From TPA_inf: Saccharomyces (taxonomy: Eukaryota): a DNA stretch of 64,000 nt. The stretch lies in contig BK006945.2 in the NCBI GenBank assembly GCA_000146045.2, positions 96,001 through 160,000 on the forward strand. The letters run 5' to 3'. Made by a program: the position numbers and the translations under genes. The notes beneath the pieces were generated by a model that saw nothing but the letters and a program-made list of their open reading frames with translations, searched no databases and had not been told where the DNA came from. Below, piece by piece: positions 61,934-64,000 of the stretch (its first letter is position 1; each line of letters starts with the position of its first letter).

Positions 61934-63505
61934 TTAGTAAATGTACCTGAAATTTCTGTTTTCGATATCAGTCAAGTCCAAAAATTGGTACTTCTTCCTT
62001 TCTTGACCTTCTTGTTCCTTATCACGCTTTTCGTTCTCCTTCTTGCAAATGTAGCCAATGTATAATTGTAGGGGAACACAAACACACTGAGTGACCAATA
62101 AGGCAATCTTTGCTGGTATGTAACGTGGAGCAGAGTATGCCCTAAACATCTGTGGAGCAATAATACAGGAGACATTGTATACAATCATTGTAATAGCATT
62201 TCTAAAAACTCTTTTGGTGTAACCGGAGGTGTTGCATGAATTCCAGATGTAAATATTGGTAATGACACAGGAACCACTGTAAAGCAAGTACAGAGAAAAT
62301 AAGTTACCGATCTTATGGGATAAGGGTAAACTGATAAGAACGATACAACCTATAATAGCTGGAATATACATAGATGTGGTTATGAGTGTGATATGACCCC
62401 AGCGGGACAACATTTGAGTTGTTATAAGAATAATCATAGCCGTAATGGCACCAATAGGCAACTGCAGTAATGCTGTTTCGTACTTGTCGAAACCAAAAGT
62501 ACCAGTGATGGTCACTGAAAATGTACCAATGGCACCAGTAGAAATTTGAGAACATGCAGTTAATAAAAGCATCGGCCAAGTAAACTTATCATGAAGGAAT
62601 AGTTCTTTAACTTGCTGCTTCTTAAACTTCTTTGTTTCCAGGCCAGTTTGGTTAGCTCTGATATGCTCAACAACTTGAATTTTTTCCTCTTTGTTTAGGA
62701 ACCAAGCATTGGTGACGTTATCTGGAAGGTATAAGAATGTTAGAACACCAAACGCAACTGTAACCAGACCAACGACCAAAAACATTATTTGCCAAGAGGT
62801 GAAAGCGGTACCATGATAATGTAAAAAGCCAAAAGAAATTAACCCGCCCACAATATAACCTGTACCAGCCTGTGTGGCCCAGAATCCAATTCTTGCACTC
62901 TGTTCAGATTTAGTATAGTACATACCACTAATAGCGATACAACCAACTGCACTCGAGGATTCAAAGAGACCTAGGAGAGTACGAACGACCATCAACGAGG
63001 CGTACGTCTTACAAGCAGCATGGCAAGCCAACACGATACCCCAGACGGTAATAAAAGTACCTAGGATTTTGGAAATGGGGAATTTTTGAATTAAGTAAGT
63101 GACCACAGGTTCCATGAAAATGTAAGCAGCAGAAAAGATAGTACCCAAATTAGAAAATTCGTTACCTTTCAAATGATCTTTGATACCCATAGATGCAGCG
63201 TAGTTCAGCAGAGCCTTATCCAAAAACATCAGAAGATATGTACAGCATAAAAAGGGCAGGATGAAGAGGTCAACTTTTCTCAGGACCTTAGGAGATAATT
63301 CATGGGAACCATAGAAGTTGGCTTCTTCGCCTGCTACAACATCGTCTTCATTAGCCGTGGAGCTTTCGTCGAGACCGTTCTGTTTCAGGAATCTTAAAGC
63401 AACGTCCGCATCGTCTACATTAATGCTCGAGGTACTTACGGAACAACTATCAGCGTTAGCTGCCTTCTTCTCCACGTCCATGGATCGTTGTGACATGTTT
63501 TTCAT
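61934..63505 (-). CDS. THI73: Major facilitator superfamily transporter, allantoate/Dal5-like family (523 aa)
   Basis: 12 predicted TM helices, MFS signature region; 523 aa = YLR004C. Confidence 0.88.
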   Translation of the reverse strand: MKNMSQRSMDVEKKAANADSCSVSTSSINVDDADVALRFLKQNGLDESSTANEDDVVAGEEANFYGSHELSPKVLRKVDLFILPFLCCTYLLMFLDKALLNYAASMGIKDHLKGNEFSNLGTIFSAAYIFMEPVVTYLIQKFPISKILGTFITVWGIVLACHAACKTYASLMVVRTLLGLFESSSAVGCIAISGMYYTKSEQSARIGFWATQAGTGYIVGGLISFGFLHYHGTAFTSWQIMFLVVGLVTVAFGVLTFLYLPDNVTNAWFLNKEEKIQVVEHIRANQTGLETKKFKKQQVKELFLHDKFTWPMLLLTACSQISTGAIGTFSVTITGTFGFDKYETALLQLPIGAITAMIILITTQMLSRWGHITLITTSMYIPAIIGCIVLISLPLSHKIGNLFSLYLLYSGSCVITNIYIWNSCNTSGYTKRVFRNAITMIVYNVSCIIAPQMFRAYSAPRYIPAKIALLVTQCVCVPLQLYIGYICKKENEKRDKEQEGQERKKYQFLDLTDIENRNFRYIY

Positions 63506-64000
63506 TGTATTGATTTGCTGACACTCTCACTACTTCTCAGCAACAACAAAGTAAACTTTAATCTATCATACTTTGAACTATCTTATATACGTGTATATAT
63601 GCACCCGCTGAGATGCTCATCGAGATTGCTCATCACCTCTGAAAAGGCTGTCTGTCACCACCATGTTTTCCGCCGGACCAAATGACAGTTCCTTAAGGGA
63701 AACTCAAAGAGACTATATTAACTAAGGAGGATCAACCAGATATGCAAAAAAAACAAATAGTTATGACGGCACTCGAACCAACCAAACACCACCCTATAAT
63801 TAATGTTGATAATGATAGCGACTCGAAATTTGCCAATAAAACCTGTCTATTACGCGTCATCTACTTGAGAGTAATATACTGGAAGTTCGAGATACTCCGC
63901 ACAGGGTCTGGGTGGTAGGTTTCTTTGCTATTGTATAGTTTTTCAAGATACGTAAAAGGTCTTCATCTTATCTTATATAGATGCAGGTGATTACTAGTGG

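Noticed and set aside
1-64000. Search for tRNA genes (A/B boxes, GGTTCGANTCC), Ty LTRs (TGTTGGAATA...), CRISPR-like repeat arrays, and rDNA or snoRNA signatures in all intergenic gaps
   Set aside because: No convincing match was found by eye. The nearest B-box-like string, gatttgaatcc on the minus strand at ~12293-12303, has two mismatches and no matching A box. A formal tRNAscan-SE or Infernal run would be needed to be sure.
1-64000. Possibility of a novel or undescribed genetic system, such as a defence island, biosynthetic cluster or mobile element
   Set aside because: Every ORF longer than ~60 codons maps, with expected length, order and orientation, onto the known S. cerevisiae chrXII region YLL024C-YLR004C. 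There are no foreign-looking insertions, composition shifts (apart from the small GC island at 12.3-12.6 kb) or repeat-flanked cassettes.

Overview
This window reads as a well-known stretch of Saccharomyces cerevisiae chromosome XII that crosses the centromere. The gene order matches the annotated region from SSA2 (YLL024C) on the left arm, across CEN12, to THI73 (YLR004C) on the right arm. Every long ORF in the six-frame track could be assigned, from recognised protein sequence and gene order, to a known yeast gene. In order these are SSA2 (partial), POM33, HIF1, SPA2, KNS1, COX19, DPS1, SDC25 (frameshifted, as in S288C), BPT1, EMC6, PUF3, YEH1, SOF1, PSR1, COX17, DRS1, LMO1, MMM1, SPO75, ORC3, SFI1, RTT109, DNM1, YLR001C, NOC3, CMS1 and THI73. 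Between DNM1 and YLR001C there is a canonical point centromere with CDEI, CDEII and CDEIII. I found no tRNA, Ty/LTR, CRISPR or rDNA sequence. Strain identity was not checked by alignment. I see no evidence of a previously undescribed system and the window looks ordinary. The most notable features are the centromere, the SDC25 frameshift pseudogene, the tandem repeats inside SPA2, an unusually GC-rich intergenic island with a hairpin between KNS1 and COX19, heat-shock and ribosome-biogenesis promoter motifs, and several low-complexity coding repeats. All coordinates were counted by eye and may be off by a few bases. No database search was run. Gene names rest on remembered protein sequence and on gene order.
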